DNA of 44,759 bases from Octopus bimaculoides (taxonomy: Eukaryota): contig NC_068998.1 in the NCBI RefSeq assembly GCF_001194135.2, positions 41,823,189 through 41,867,947 on the forward strand. Direction: 5' to 3'. Below the pieces are notes generated by a model. That model did no database searches. It had not been told where the DNA came from and saw nothing but the letters and a program-made list of their open reading frames with translations. Positions 13,161 to 26,306 of the stretch are shown here, piece after piece. Made by a program: the position numbers and the translations under genes. Within the stretch, counting starts at the first letter, position 1. Every line of letters starts with the position of its first letter.

Positions 13161-14074
13161 GTTAGAGCGCGTATTCACTCAGATGTGTAATTCACTGCGT
13201 AACTCAATCACTAAACAATACCAGTATTTTATTTTACTTCATCAAGCAATGTGCTTTCTTACATATTGAAACCAATCATTTATTAATGAGTCTATAATAA
13301 AACGGAAACATGTTAACAGTTATCCATCATACTTAGAGAAATAATTTACACCTACGCAATAAATAATGCTCAATTATCCTAACCGCAAAAGTTTCTCGAG
13401 TGCTTTTTTTTTCAGCTTCATATATTGAGCATTCAAAACTATCTTCCCTATTCATGCAGAGGTACTGTATGAATAGTTGGGAAGTGGGTGGAATAAACTT
13501 ATAACGGCTAATTAGGCCGAACCTATTCGGTTAATTTACGGTTGGTCTATTGTTTGTTTATATAAAGGTACATATATATATATATATANNNNNNNNNNNN
13601 NNNNNNNNNNNNNNNNNNNNNNNNNNNNNNNNNNNNNNNNNNNNNNNNNNNNNNNNNNNNNNNNNNNNNNNNNNNNNNNNNNNNNNNNNNNNNNNNNNNN
13701 NNNNNNNNNNNNNNNNNNNNNNNNNNNNNNNNNNNNNNNNNNNNNNNNNNNNNNNNNNNNNNNNNNNNNNNNNNNNNNNNNNNNNNNNNNNNNNNNNNNN
13801 NNNNNNNNNNNNNNNNNNNNNNNNNNNNNNNNNNNNNNNNNNNNNNNNNNNNNNNNNNNNNNNNNNNNNNNNNNNNNNNNNNNNNNNNNNNNNNNNNNNN
13901 CTTGATGAGATCCATAATGGAGTTGAAAGGACTTTAACAAACAACTTATAGAAAATAGATCGATTAGATACTTGCTTACGTAAGTTACCAATTGACTAAC
14001 AATACAGGAGTGAGATCGAATCAGTGTGTGTTTGTTATTATTTGCCTACTGACCTTCCCTATATACAACAACAC

Positions 14075-14111
<37 letters not shown>

Positions 14112-14177
14112 CATAATGACAACAACAAAAGAGCACCAATAATACTTATCCTTTGTCCCATATATTATGTGTACAAG

Positions 14178-14300
14178 ACCAGAAATTTTTGGGGGCTAGT
14201 CAACTAAATCGACACTAGTGCTGTGTTTAGTCATCCTTGGAAATATTTGATCTCAGAACATAAAGACAGTCGAAATACTACTAACATCATAGCGGCGATC
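14178..14300 (-). mobile_element. Degenerate SINE family A copy
   Basis: aaatttttgggggctagtcaactaaatcgac...atttgatctcagaacataaagacagtcgaaatact matches the reverse complement of family A. Confidence 0.65.
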
Positions 14301-15460
14301 ATGACGAATATAATTGTTTACATTTACAATTGATCAATCATTTGCAACTACGTGGTTACGTTGGTTTCGACAGTCTCAAAAGAAAAGAAAATCGGAAATT
14401 AACGAAAAGCCGGCTCTTTCCAAATACGAATAGCGCCAATTCACGCACACCTCTCTACTGAATGTTGATCCTTTATTTAATCAATGACTGTTGATTACCT
14501 AATTTGACCATGGAGAAATATGAGACAAAGCAGACCATAATAAATTCAGAAGCATTGGTAGATGAAACTCTGCGTGTTGCTCCCGTGTCACGTTTTGTGT
14601 TGTATGCGAAGTGAAGTAATATTCTCTTGAATTACACATTGTCAAATTGCTTTCCACTCAGATGATGTGATTAGGTACTCAGATGATTTGATTTGGTAAT
14701 GAAATGTATTGATGTAGTCTTGAACTCAACGACCGATGATTTAAATACTTGTAAACCAGACAGAAGCGTATTTCATAAATTCATTCTCTATATAGAATTT
14801 ATATATATAAACACCAAAATATGTATCCACGTTCATTCAGTAGGAGCTCAATTGATGATATCGGTTAAATCCAAGATTTTAATTCAATACCATAAATACT
14901 GGAGAAACAGCATTGATTGCATAAAGAAAAAAAAACACTAAGTCAATCATTTACATTAACATATTAAGAACAAAAAACAAAAATGCATAAATTTCACATG
15001 TAGTTCATAATTTAACTGATTCTCCAGATATTTTAATGGAATGAAACATCATTATATAATTCCATAATTACAATGCCTAATTAATTCAAACGTGATGTGT
15101 TACCCGTATCTTCAGAAGAAAGAAATATTAACCAAAAGATCGTAATTATAAGTTATTTGGGTTAAGTTTTCAATTGTATTTTCCACATTGATTCTAATTT
15201 TGAAATATTTCGATTTGGACTTTATCCAGAGGATCCGTTTGTGCCTGCGTACTTGTAGAATGCAATTTTGGTTTCGAATTGTTCTGTTTCTACACCCATC
15301 TTACTTGTTTTGGATTATAGCTTACCATGTCATCTGTTTCGTCAGTAGAAGACTGTCAAGTGAAAAACCAACTCACCACTTTCTGTGCCAAACACAAGCA
15401 TATCAGATCAACAGGAAAAACGCAAAGTAAACGGGCGAGCTAGAAACGGTGCCACTAAAT

Positions 15461-17200
15461 CAGTGTCTGCCAAACCGTGTGCCACGGCATACAGGTGTGC
15501 TGCAATAAATTCTTGGAGTGTCGCAAAAATATTTTCGGGCTTTTCGGGAAACAACGATCCAAGAACATTCGCAAAGTTCGAGCGTAAATATAAATTAATT
15601 ACGTTACACGACCAAGAGCAGTTTTGCTACATTATATTATATATATTGTATTTCAACCGAGATTGTCTGTAAGTAAATTGTTTAGTAGTCCTAGTAGTTT
15701 CTAATTTTTGCTTTATTTAGAATTTGCATAAATTATTTCATGTTAATTTTAATCGATTTTTAGTTTTAGATTGGACACATTTTTTTGCAACACATAGCAA
15801 AAAGGACCAACACTCAAAATAAATTGTCCACCTCATCAAAACGAAAATGTAATGAAAATTACATGCAATATGGTTTTATATTATCGGAAATAATCAACTC
15901 GGTTCCTGTTTGTATGATTTGTTTAACAGCACTCTCAAATGAAGCGACGGTTTCCAGTAAACTTCAATGTCATTTAATAACATATCATCCGCAACATGAG
16001 GACAGGAGCAAAAGAATACTTTGAGATGATAAAACATAATTCAAATTTTCAATCGAAAAGGCTGAAGTAATTTCACTGAAGCAAAATAGTGAACTCGAAA
16101 ACTTGTGGGCCTTACAAATCAATGAAAGAACACCCATCAGCAACAAAGCTCAACTAATATCATTTCTGAGGGTCACCAGATGTGCTAAAGTCATTAGTCA
16201 GTTTATCTTTTGTTGTGAATTTACGGAAAGAATGTCAGGGGAAGATGTCTTTAACCTGGTAAACCAAAATGTGGTATTCAGAGGGATGTAATGACAAACT
16301 TCTATCTGATGGTCTCCTGAAGACGATGGAGAATGTTGCTAAAGTGGTGAATTACATAAAATCGCATTCCCTGTGGTGCAAACTTTTTGCATCCCTATGT
16401 GAAATTATGGATTCAGATTTTTAAGTGTTTGCTACTTCATACAAATGTGCGATGGCTCTCGAAAGGAAAAGTACTCTCTCGATTTATCTTTTTGCGAACT
16501 AAAATAATGTTTTTTTGATGCTGAAAATTCTGGATTTGAATTTTTTTAACGATGATAATTGGTGGTTAGAAGTAGCATTTTTCAACAGTCTTTTTAAGAA
16601 GCTGAACATTTTAAGTTTGAGCCTTGAAGGAGCGAACGAAAATATTATTACAGTTACAGACAAATGAAATTCTTTCACCGACAAGTTAGAACTGTGGATA
16701 AGGAAAGTTAAAAAATTGCAGCTTGATTGCTTCCCAGGCGTAGAGGCTTTTCCAAACAAATTCAAAATTTTGTCAGAAGACAATAGAAAAACACTCTGTA
16801 TCATTTTCTAAGTATTTTCCATCACTTGATTATCAAATGTACGAGTAGGTCATGAATCCTTTCGCAAGATACGACAATGCACACCCGCCATTAACGTTAA
16901 CAGAAGAAAATGTAATAGACTTGGAAGACGGTCCTATGCACAAAACCTCATTTTGTGTGCTAGAATTGTCAGAATTTTGGATTTCACTTTGGAGCCAATA
17001 TCCTCGATTAGCTACAACAATCGTTAAATCTCTGTTGCCCTTCGGATCATCCTATAATATGAGATTAGGCTAAAATGTCCAAAATATACATTCACATTTA
17101 AAGCTAGTCTTACAGCGTATATCCGTTAGCAAGCAGGAGTTCGAGATGAAGAGAGCTACAATGTCATTAAAGGGTAATATCACCGAAAGAGACACAAGCA
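15461..17200 (+). mobile_element. Decayed hAT DNA transposon, Buster/Charlie (ZBED5/ZBED8-like) family
   Basis: 5' TIR-like CAGTGTCTGCCAAACCGTGTGCC, preceded by the 8-mer cacTAaat (Buster nnnTAnnn TSD consensus). The transposase remnants listed in the next feature follow. No 3' TIR is visible; it may be lost or inside gap 17323-18055. Confidence 0.9.
15785..17200 (+). pseudogene. Buster-type transposase pseudogene
   Basis: BED finger KRKCNENYMQYGF...PVCMICLTALSNEATVSSKLQCHL; ALQINERTPISNKAQLISFLR (cf. ALQLDESTD); VVNYIKSH...LFASLCEIMDSD; LLLHTNVRWLSKGKVLSRF; DKLELWIRK; C-terminal FW....YPRLA...LLPFGSSY. Multiple stops, frameshifts and internal deletions. Confidence 0.9.
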
Positions 17201-18105
17201 TACAACTTGATATCATTGAATTATATATTGCAATTATTAAATATCAGCTTGTTGATATATGTGCATACGTATGTATATACTTATACACACATAAGAATAT
17301 GTATATATATATATATATATATNNNNNNNNNNNNNNNNNNNNNNNNNNNNNNNNNNNNNNNNNNNNNNNNNNNNNNNNNNNNNNNNNNNNNNNNNNNNNN
17401 NNNNNNNNNNNNNNNNNNNNNNNNNNNNNNNNNNNNNNNNNNNNNNNNNNNNNNNNNNNNNNNNNNNNNNNNNNNNNNNNNNNNNNNNNNNNNNNNNNNN
17501 NNNNNNNNNNNNNNNNNNNNNNNNNNNNNNNNNNNNNNNNNNNNNNNNNNNNNNNNNNNNNNNNNNNNNNNNNNNNNNNNNNNNNNNNNNNNNNNNNNNN
17601 NNNNNNNNNNNNNNNNNNNNNNNNNNNNNNNNNNNNNNNNNNNNNNNNNNNNNNNNNNNNNNNNNNNNNNNNNNNNNNNNNNNNNNNNNNNNNNNNNNNN
17701 NNNNNNNNNNNNNNNNNNNNNNNNNNNNNNNNNNNNNNNNNNNNNNNNNNNNNNNNNNNNNNNNNNNNNNNNNNNNNNNNNNNNNNNNNNNNNNNNNNNN
17801 NNNNNNNNNNNNNNNNNNNNNNNNNNNNNNNNNNNNNNNNNNNNNNNNNNNNNNNNNNNNNNNNNNNNNNNNNNNNNNNNNNNNNNNNNNNNNNNNNNNN
17901 NNNNNNNNNNNNNNNNNNNNNNNNNNNNNNNNNNNNNNNNNNNNNNNNNNNNNNNNNNNNNNNNNNNNNNNNNNNNNNNNNNNNNNNNNNNNNNNNNNNN
18001 NNNNNNNNNNNNNNNNNNNNNNNNNNNNNNNNNNNNNNNNNNNNNNNNNNNNNNNTATATATATAATGCGTACATAAAAATATGTTGTGTATATATTTGT
18101 ATAAA

Positions 18106-18153
<48 letters not shown>

Positions 18154-19639
18154 TGATACACGTATGTGTATATAAATATATACATATGTATGTACGTATG
18201 TATGTATGAATGTATGTGTGTGTGTATGTATGTATAGATTAAGAGAAGGAGATGGAAAGAAAGACAGACCGACTTCTAGAACAATGTATTCTTGTGAGAT
18301 ATTGTCAGTTCGTTGGAAGATGAAATATTAGACAAGTGAGATTCATTTGGGAGTTGCACACACATTTCTTTGTGTAACTAACACCTTTTACTAGTTTCCT
18401 GCATTTTATCTTTTATCCTTGTCTCAGATATACGTACTCCATGCAGAATTGCTATTTTGGATATTGATAGTATATCAGATAATTTTTGTTTTGTAATCTA
18501 TTATTTACACTTTGTTACACTTTCCAACAAAAATAAAGACGAGCTAGTGCGATGTCCTGTACAAATATATATATTTTGTTTTTGGATTTCAAAGACGCCA
18601 TAGTGATAATCGTTTTAAAACCAAAATATATACTATATTGAACCTATATCTACTGGATTATGGTGTCTGAAATGTAATCCAAGAGGTTTGTCATGTTATG
18701 GAGGTTATATGAGTAGGAGAAAAGATCTTTCTGTTTCGCAAAGTGTACGATCTTGTAACCTTCGACTTACTTTACTAGAAATATATTCATTATCTTATAC
18801 TTGTTAGCAAAAAATAGATTCACCAAGAGAGATATCTTCAACACGAAGGTCAGTTTATTGTATGTGTATGTATGTATGTATGTATGTATGTATGTATGTG
18901 TGTATGTATGTATATATGTATGCTATACATACATACATACACAGACACACACATACACACACACACATACACACAAACACACACATACACACACACACAC
19001 ACACACATACATATATATANNNNNNNNNNNNNNNNNNNNNNNNNNNNNNNNNNNNNNNNNNNNNNNNNNNNNNNNNNNNNNNNNNNNNNNNNNNNNNNNN
19101 NNNNNNNNNNNNNNNNNNNNNNNNNNNNNNNNNNNNNNNNNNNNNNNNNNNNNNNNNNNNNNNNNNNNNNNNNNNNNNNNNNNNNNNNNNNNNNNNNNNN
19201 NNNNNNNNNNNNNNNNNNNNNNNNNNNNNNNNNNNNNNNNNNNNNNNNNNNNNNNNNNNNNNNNNNNNNNNNNNNNNNNNNNNNNNNNNNNNNNNNNNNN
19301 NNNNNNNNNNNNNNNNNNNNNNNNNNNNNNNNNNNNNNNNNNNNNNNNNNNNNNNNNNNNNNNNNNNNNNNNNNNNNNNNNNNNNNNNNNNNNNNNNNNN
19401 NNNNNNNNNNNNNNNNNNNNNNNNNNNNNNNNNNNNNNNNNNNNNNNNNNNNNNNNNNNNNNNNNNNNNNNNNNNNNNNNNNNNNNNNNNNNNNNNNNNN
19501 NNNNNNNNNNNNNNNNNNNNNNNNNNNNTATATATATGCGTATAAGAAGGGATGACCACTAAGTGGACATCCGATATGCTAGAAAGAAGTCTTCAACGAG
19601 CCAACCACAAAGAAAGATAATGTTCTCGAGAAAAAAAAT

Positions 19640-19935
19640 TCAGCAAACACCAGACCATAAGCGGGCAAGACAAAATGAAATATATATAGAATAAAGAATT
19701 AATCGTATACCGTTTTCCGCATCAACTTTTTTACTTACGTAAAAACGTTCGTGCTTCATCAACTTTACTTCCGCGACAGACTGGACATATCCCATTAACT
19801 TCCAGTATTCATCAATAAGAAAAAAAATTACTCTATTATTGCAGCCACCAGAGATACTCTCTCTCTCTTGGCGAACTTCAAACCACTGGCTGCGAACAAC
19901 TCACAAATGCCATGTTAACATTAGCAACACATCAG
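19640..19935 (+). mobile_element. Probable highly decayed Penelope-like GIY-YIG fragment
   Basis: RP*AGKTK*NIYRIKN resembles PY.G.T.R.L..RI.EH, and TGHIP...KNYSIIAATRDTLS...HW resembles the GIY-YIG C-terminus; needs several stops and frameshifts. Confidence 0.35.
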
Positions 19936-21689
19936 CACTGAATTCTCCACACCCTGGGTCAAGACGTCTAACCATCCATGCTTACCCAAACATCAGGCCG
20001 GCCCCCGCAATAACATGCATTCCATTTAACTGCCTAACTCAATACATCTTTATCTGCACAAACGTGTGCGCGTGCACACGCACGCAACCACACATACATA
20101 CACACACACACGTACCTCCATACACGTACACATCTCCTCTCCTTCTTCCCACACACCACCAAACCCAATACCTTTGTGCACCCTCGTGGATACTGCGAGC
20201 ACTTACGCAGATGTTTTGGTAAACGTACATCCACATATACATACGCACAGGTACACACACACGCACAGGTACACGCCTTATAGAACCTATAACACGCACG
20301 CGCTTGATATGCATAGCTGACATATACATCTATACATTCGCGCACGAGGAATCCTACATAATGCCATGTTTCTGTTATACCTCCAAAGACGAACAAGGAC
20401 GCCAAGGCGTCGGAAGCTTTCTGTCCTGCCATGCGGCGCAAGGAATTCTTTGTAATGTATCAGGTGCCGCTAAAACGCTGAACTCACTTCTAGCAGCACC
20501 ATGTGAACCGCCTTGACCAATAGCACCCTAATCCCTAATATCTCGCTTGGACTCCCTTTACCTCTCCATTCGGTTAACGAAGCCTGAACGAGCTAGGTTC
20601 CTGTAAAGGAGCTTGTGAAACTTTAAGTCACATGAAACCGTAGAAATATTTTAGATAATAATATATAGTATTTTCTCTTTGAGACGAAGATTTCGAAAGG
20701 AATTTTTTTTTCTTTTCGAGGACGCACCATTTTAAAGTCTTACAGTGTCAAACACATACATAACCACATACGCTGGCATTTGTATGACAGATATTAATTT
20801 GCAAAGCCAAATTCACGTGAATAAGTTGTTCTAAACGTGGTAAGCTCCAGTATATCTTTGTCCTTATCGATCATCACTTGAGAGGTTATATCGGGAGATG
20901 AAATTTGAAGTAATATTCGACTTGTGCTAAAATATTCGCCTTGTGCTAAATAGCACAGATTAGATCGGCAGACGATATTGAGAGTAATAGTCGCTTCGTC
21001 AGCAGCATGCATCATTTCGTCGTTAAATGTCAGCTTACATTTAAGTTTACACATTCGAGTTCAATTGGACCAGCAAATTAATATTAGCCATTTTATTAAG
21101 AATTCCTCCAGCTTTTTGCGACAACACACTCTGTTTAATCAGTGTTCTGTATTAGACTACATTACTTTGGTGGAGTTACCGCCCGGTAGTTCCATCAGCC
21201 GATGCAAGGGTAGTTTCGTTTGCCTATAAGATCTGTGCTTTTTAGCTCTTAACGTCTATAAGAGATGATTTCCCAGGATGACAACTGCAGATTAGGGCGT
21301 TTACAATGACTCGACCAAATTAAGATGGATGTATTATTCGTAACGAAGTTTACTCCCGTCGCTGATAGCTAATATATGTACGTGTACATGTCTGTGCTTG
21401 TGCATGTGTGTGCGTGTGTCTGTGTCCCTATGTGTGTGTTTTATGTGTGTGTTTGCGTGTGCGTGTGAGCGTATGCGAGATCGTACATTGACGCTACACT
21501 GGAGATTAAGATTCCCGTTGAAAAAACCCCTGCTTTTGTCATAATCATAGCTACTTAAGTTAAATCTCGCAATTTAGATGGTCAAAATACTGACAAAGTA
21601 CCTTTATGCTAGTGTTTAACACAGTTATTAGTTCTCAAGACACGGCATTCTAATCCTGCAGGTGATATCATAAGTAACTCCGTCTTCTG

Positions 21690-21742
<53 letters not shown>

Positions 21743-21811
21743 NNNNNNNNNNNNNNNNNNNNNNNNNNNNNNNNNNNNNNNNNNTGTATATATACATGCA
21801 TAATTACATAC

Positions 21812-21853
<42 letters not shown>

Positions 21854-22380
21854 ATGTATATAATATACATACACACACAGCACACTTGTATATAGTGTGG
21901 ATATGTATACGTGCGTATGTTTGATTTATAATTTACAAATGCAAATAAATCTCCGTGTCTCACAATAGTTTTATTCATCTCCATCTTTGTCATAGTGTCT
22001 CATCTTATTCTTTCTCTCACAGATGGCTTCAAACAGCAGATTTGTATCCAGCTTCAATTGTCAATATTAACAAAGAGATTAGACCAACACATTATTACGG
22101 AATTATCTTCGTTTAGTATTATTTTTAGTGTTTACAGTTAGTTTTTCTCTGGTTATTACTTTTTAAATCTCAGTTTGTTGGGTTTCACCTCAAACTCCAG
22201 TACATCGATGCGCTTCTAACGCATTCCTGTAACTTATCTGTCTTCTGATTAATAAATCTATTTTTATTATTGCCTACATTCCTACTTGTCGCACATTTAC
22301 AATAACGTTTGGGAATTGGTCAAAGGTTAATAGCGTTTTCCTTCTCAGTTACCTTCATTATATATTCATCTATACATAGT

Positions 22381-22442
<62 letters not shown>

Positions 22443-22794
22443 GCATACGTATACAACTATGTTGATGTATTTTCGTATATACATGGATATATTTATACTG
22501 ATATAAATGCATATATGTATACATACATATATACATACATATTCACATAAACACACACACACATACGAACGCACACACACAATATAAATACGCATAACTA
22601 TATAATACACATATGAATTGTGGATAATGCGATGTCAAAACACGTGAGAAAAGAGATACATACAGTTATAACTCAGGTCGAATTGTGCGTAAACTCCAAA
22701 ATCAAATGCAAGGACGAGGCAGCTGCCTAAATGAGCATTGGCTGCAGAATCACAATACAAACGCGTACAATTACACACATATATATATAAAGGA

Positions 22795-22928
22795 CTAGCT
22801 TCTTCATTTGCCGATTAATTCATAGGGCCCGAAGCTATAATAGAAGGCGCTAGGTATAGTAGTCACATAGTAGGACTGAATTAGAGACCACTTGGATGTG
22901 ACGTCAACTTCTGAATTACACCGCCATT
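22795..22928 (-). mobile_element. Degenerate SINE family D copy
   Basis: gcttcttcatttg...gggccgaagctataatagaag...taggactgaattagagacca matches the reverse complement of 35231-35386. Confidence 0.55.
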
Positions 22929-23477
22929 AACTGAATATAGAACTCCGTACCTACGGACAGTCATTATGCTAATATTATTAACACACGCGATAGTTCAATT
23001 ATACTCCTTGATTATTAGTCAGTTGGTTAAATATCCAACTAACTAATCGATTGTTTGTTTAACTTGGTTAAACTAGTAATAAAGGAGTGGAATTGCGCCA
23101 GTGCGTGTGGTAATGATATTGTTATAATGATTCTCCATAGACACAAAAATAAATTTGTTTCAACACAAGAATTCACAAAAACGAATCTTGCATACCATAT
23201 ACAAAAAACATGTATAACTCTGTACCTTGAGTAAATTTAACTATTTAGTGTTTGAAGATTAGCAGTGAGTTCGAAATTTGAAACCTTTCGAACAGAAAAT
23301 CTTCGAAGTCACAGCAAAACTTCCACCTTACCATTACTTTACTGGTTTCAGTTATTGGTTTGCCGGCATACTGTTTGTGCGTGCGTGTGTGTGTGTAATC
23401 TGGTGTCTAATTTATTCTCTTGTACATTATTTATATTTGACGGATATTTGTCCTCATCTTGTTTGTTGTTAAGCAAC

Positions 23478-24010
23478 AACTACTCCAAAAGCATACTCTC
23501 CACTCCAATTATGAAGAGCAGAGAGGATGACGCCGATAAACTGTCCACAGTCTGTCTACCCTATGTGAAAGGCCTCTCCGAAAAGATACAAAAGATATGC
23601 GGCCCATATGATATCAGGACAGTATTCGAGAGTAATACAACACTTCAAAAATATCTCCTTTGGGTAAAAACATCAATAGAAGAAAATATGACCAAGAACT
23701 GCGTGTACACCATCCCATGTAGAGCTGTGGTTGCTTATACAAAGGTGAAACATGTCGCCCCCTCAAAATAAGGGTAGAGGAACATCGCAAATCTGTGACA
23801 TGAGGAGATATTGATGAATCAGGTATAGCTGATCATGTATGTAAAAATGGAGAACACCTCCCCCTGTGGGATGAAGTTAAAATAATAGACAGAGAACACC
23901 ACTGGAAAATGCGAAAACTAAAAGAAGCAGCACATATGCTAAGACACAACAACCTGTTAAGCAGACCGAGTGCAGATATGAGCAACATATGAGAACCGGT
24001 ATTAAGGAAG
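23478..24010 (+). mobile_element. 5'-truncated Penelope-like element: GIY-YIG endonuclease end
   Basis: NNYSKS...VCLPYVKGLSEKIQKICGPYDIRTVFES...NCVYTIPC/SCGCLYKGETCRPLKIRVEEHRK...SGIADHV...HLPLWDEVKIIDREHHWKMRKLKEAAHM. One frameshift near 23722 and two in-frame TGA stops; followed by a triplet-repeat tail. Confidence 0.92.
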
Positions 24011-24011
24011 G

Positions 24012-24190
<179 letters not shown>

Positions 24191-24457
24191 TAGGAGTCAT
24201 GTAGTGCACTTTTCGAGTGGAAACGTTTATCGCTGTTTATTAAATAATATATTAACGCCAGCTCTTACGTCAGGAATAGAAAATATTGCATGGTTGTCTG
24301 TATTTGCTAATAATTGCATTTTTGTGTATAGTCATATATATGTGTATACGCCTGCTCATGTTTGCATACAAGGCAGGTCTGTTCTATTATAACCCCGGGC
24401 GGTGATCTAAAGCCGTTTAACTCGATTTGGTAGACGGAAGCTGTAAGGTATGATCGT

Positions 24458-24504
<47 letters not shown>

Positions 24505-24514
24505 NNNNNNNNNN

Positions 24515-24787
24515 AAAATCTCTGACAGCTGTTTCGATTCAGAAATCTTTAGATAATTAATTTATAAAATTAAAATCATTATAAGATGAATCGCTTCAGA
24601 GGTAGTAAAATATATCGATTAGAAATACATGTTGAGATAACGGTTACCGGTTTAGAGCCGTTATCTCAACAAGTATTTCCAATCGGTATGTCTTTACTAC
24701 CTCTGAAGAGATTCATCTTATAATGATTTTAATTTTATAAATTAATTATCTAAAGATTTCTGAATCGAGACAGCTGCCAGAGATTTT
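24515..24787. repeat. Fold-back palindrome of 273 bp: two inverted arms of about 129 bp (~93% identical by eye) around a 14-nt spacer; each arm is a hammerhead relic
   Basis: Left arm 24515-24643 is the reverse complement of right arm 24658-24787, with about 8 differences. The left end abuts an N-gap. Confidence 0.92.
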
Positions 24788-25164
24788 TTCATATTTTATA
24801 ATTAATGAATGATTTTATTAATTACCTCTCCATTTTCTCCTAATTCTTTAAATATGTAAATATATGAACCAAGGTTTATATGATTATCTTATAGTTGAAC
24901 TTCCTCTAGATTGAAAACTAACCGGTATTTTCATTGCATTTATGATCCCTTAATGAGGTTTATTACATTTACTTGATTATACACGCACACACACGCACTC
25001 ACACACACACACATATATATATATGCACATACATAAACACACACGCACAAACACACACGCACATATAAATATGTATATATATATATATAGATATGTATAT
25101 ATATGTGTGCATATCTTTGAGTTTGTTTCTTACTATCGCATGACAATCGATGTTGGTTTGTGTA

Positions 25165-25297
25165 CGGCCGCATGACTTAGCGGTTTGGCAAAAGTCACCG
25201 ATAGAATGAGTAATAACAGGGTGAATTTGTTCGATTTGAACTGTTCAAAGTGGTGGACCAACACGACCGGAGTCGGATGATGAAACAATAAATAAGG
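25165..25297 (+). mobile_element. Degenerate SINE 3' half (family B)
   Basis: gacttagcggtttggcaaaagtcaccgatagaatgagta...gatgaaacaataaataagg. Confidence 0.6.
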
Positions 25298-25975
25298 TTA
25301 ATATATATATATATACGCATACAAACATGTAACCACACACTCACACACACATACACACACATATGTATGTACATATGAATTACAAAGAAAGAGTTACTAA
25401 CTACTATTATGCCTTATTAAAGATATTCTTTGATTAAGATATTCGTTCCATCACCTGGGCATCGCGTGCACAGATATCCTTGAAACAGTTGTAAGACTAA
25501 TAGCGTTTCTTTACTAGAGTTTGCAACACCATCTTTGTTCTAGTTGAAGTTCAAGCCGACCTTTTAATTGTAAATCAACACAGACACTTATACAGNNNNN
25601 NNNNNNNNNNNNNNNNNNNNNNNNNNNNNNNNNNNNNNNNNNNNNNNNNNNNNNNNNNNNNNNNNNNNNNNNNNNNNNNNNNNNNNNNNNNNNNNNNNNN
25701 NNNNNNNNNNNNNNNNNNNNNNNNNNNNNNNNNNNNNNNNNNNNNNNNNNNNNNNNNNNNNNNNNNNNNNNNNNNNNNNNNNNNNNNNNNNNNNNNNNNN
25801 NNNNNNNNNNNNNNNNNNNNNNNNNNNNNNNNNNNNNNNNNNNNNNNNNNNNNNNNNNNNNNNNNNNNNNNNNNNNNNNNNNNNNNNNNNNNNNNNNNNN
25901 NNNNNNNNNNNNNNNNNNNNNNNNNNNNNNNNNNNNNNNNNNNNNNNNNNNNNNNNNNNNNNNNNNNNNNNNNNN

Positions 25976-26019
<44 letters not shown>

Positions 26020-26306
26020 CATACATACATACATATATGTGTGCGTGCATTTGTGTATGTTCTGTGCGTTTATTAGAATCAGTAGATGACAGAATCATAG
26101 TTTCTCTTTCATCGTCTTAGGTTCGTTAGAGTATAATCAAATTTTTGTATAGTATGTGTACTGTCGAAGCAAGTGCGAAAGGTAAAATAAAATCTACTAA
26201 TTAATTACTCTAATTGATCTAATTGACTGAAATTTGACATTTTGTTGTCCTAAGTATATGCACCATAGTCTTCCTCTTTGTCCTTTGCTTTCCTCTGATG
26301 TTGCAG

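Noticed and set aside
19705-19790. Minus-strand UUGAUGA-long hairpin-GAAAAC resembling the hammerhead family
   Set aside because: No helix I or III, and it overlaps a probable decayed GIY-YIG coding region on the other strand.
20794-21229. ORFs of 86 aa (-) and 83 aa (+) in unique sequence
   Set aside because: No recognisable motif. The minus ORF depends on a 19-bp tandem duplication (20913-20950), which argues against a conserved frame.
24515-24787. Arm differences of the palindrome as fossil A-to-I editing
   Set aside because: The transitions fall on both strands (A>G and T>C on the same arm), consistent with ordinary mutation.
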